DNA of 64,000 nucleotides, taken from positions 49,042,001-49,106,000 of the forward strand of contig NW_025964223.1 in assembly GCF_023055435.1 (NCBI RefSeq), read 5' to 3'. The position numbers and the translations under genes were made by a program. A model generated the notes under the pieces. The model did no database searches, was not told where the DNA came from, and saw only the letters and a program-made list of their open reading frames with translations. Of this stretch, positions 63,971-64,000 are shown in pieces. The DNA comes from Haliotis rufescens (lineage: Eukaryota). Within the stretch, counting starts at the first letter, position 1. Each line of letters begins with the position of its first letter.

Positions 63971-64000
63971 CTGAAGGAAATTGATAGAAAACAACTGACC

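Overview
AT-rich, intron-containing animal DNA. The SINE/LINE complement points to a mollusc, plausibly a gastropod such as abalone (inference). The window holds a tandem, minus-strand cluster of NLR-like genes: P-loop STAND NTPase (nSTAND3-like; Walker A GSPGSGKT, Walker B hhhhDDhFG, GFP motif), a helical region and about 20-23 ankyrin repeats. Copy A (22.9-31.2 kb) is intact. Copy B (39.4-45.0 kb) has one in-frame TAG. Copy C (59.2 kb to beyond the window end) has one frameshift. A fourth, heavily decayed copy D (3.4-6.2 kb) is visible only as short ORF fragments. Hand-spliced micro-exons show no death-fold or TIR effector. The N-termini are instead disordered and divergent: RG-rich (A), an Asn/hydrophobic amyloid-like 31-codon exon just before the NTPase (B, diverged in C), and possibly a 24-aa Ser/Thr repeat (D). 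This resembles fungal and bacterial amyloid-signalling NLRs. Also present are a C-type lectin gene, Tc1/mariner, I/Nimb, L1/Tx1, CR1/L2-like and Penelope-like fragments, at least four SINE families, satellites, two copies of an ORF-less element with terminal direct repeats, an RT-less GC-rich retroposed insert and a 141-nt assembly gap. All gene models and alignments were made by eye.
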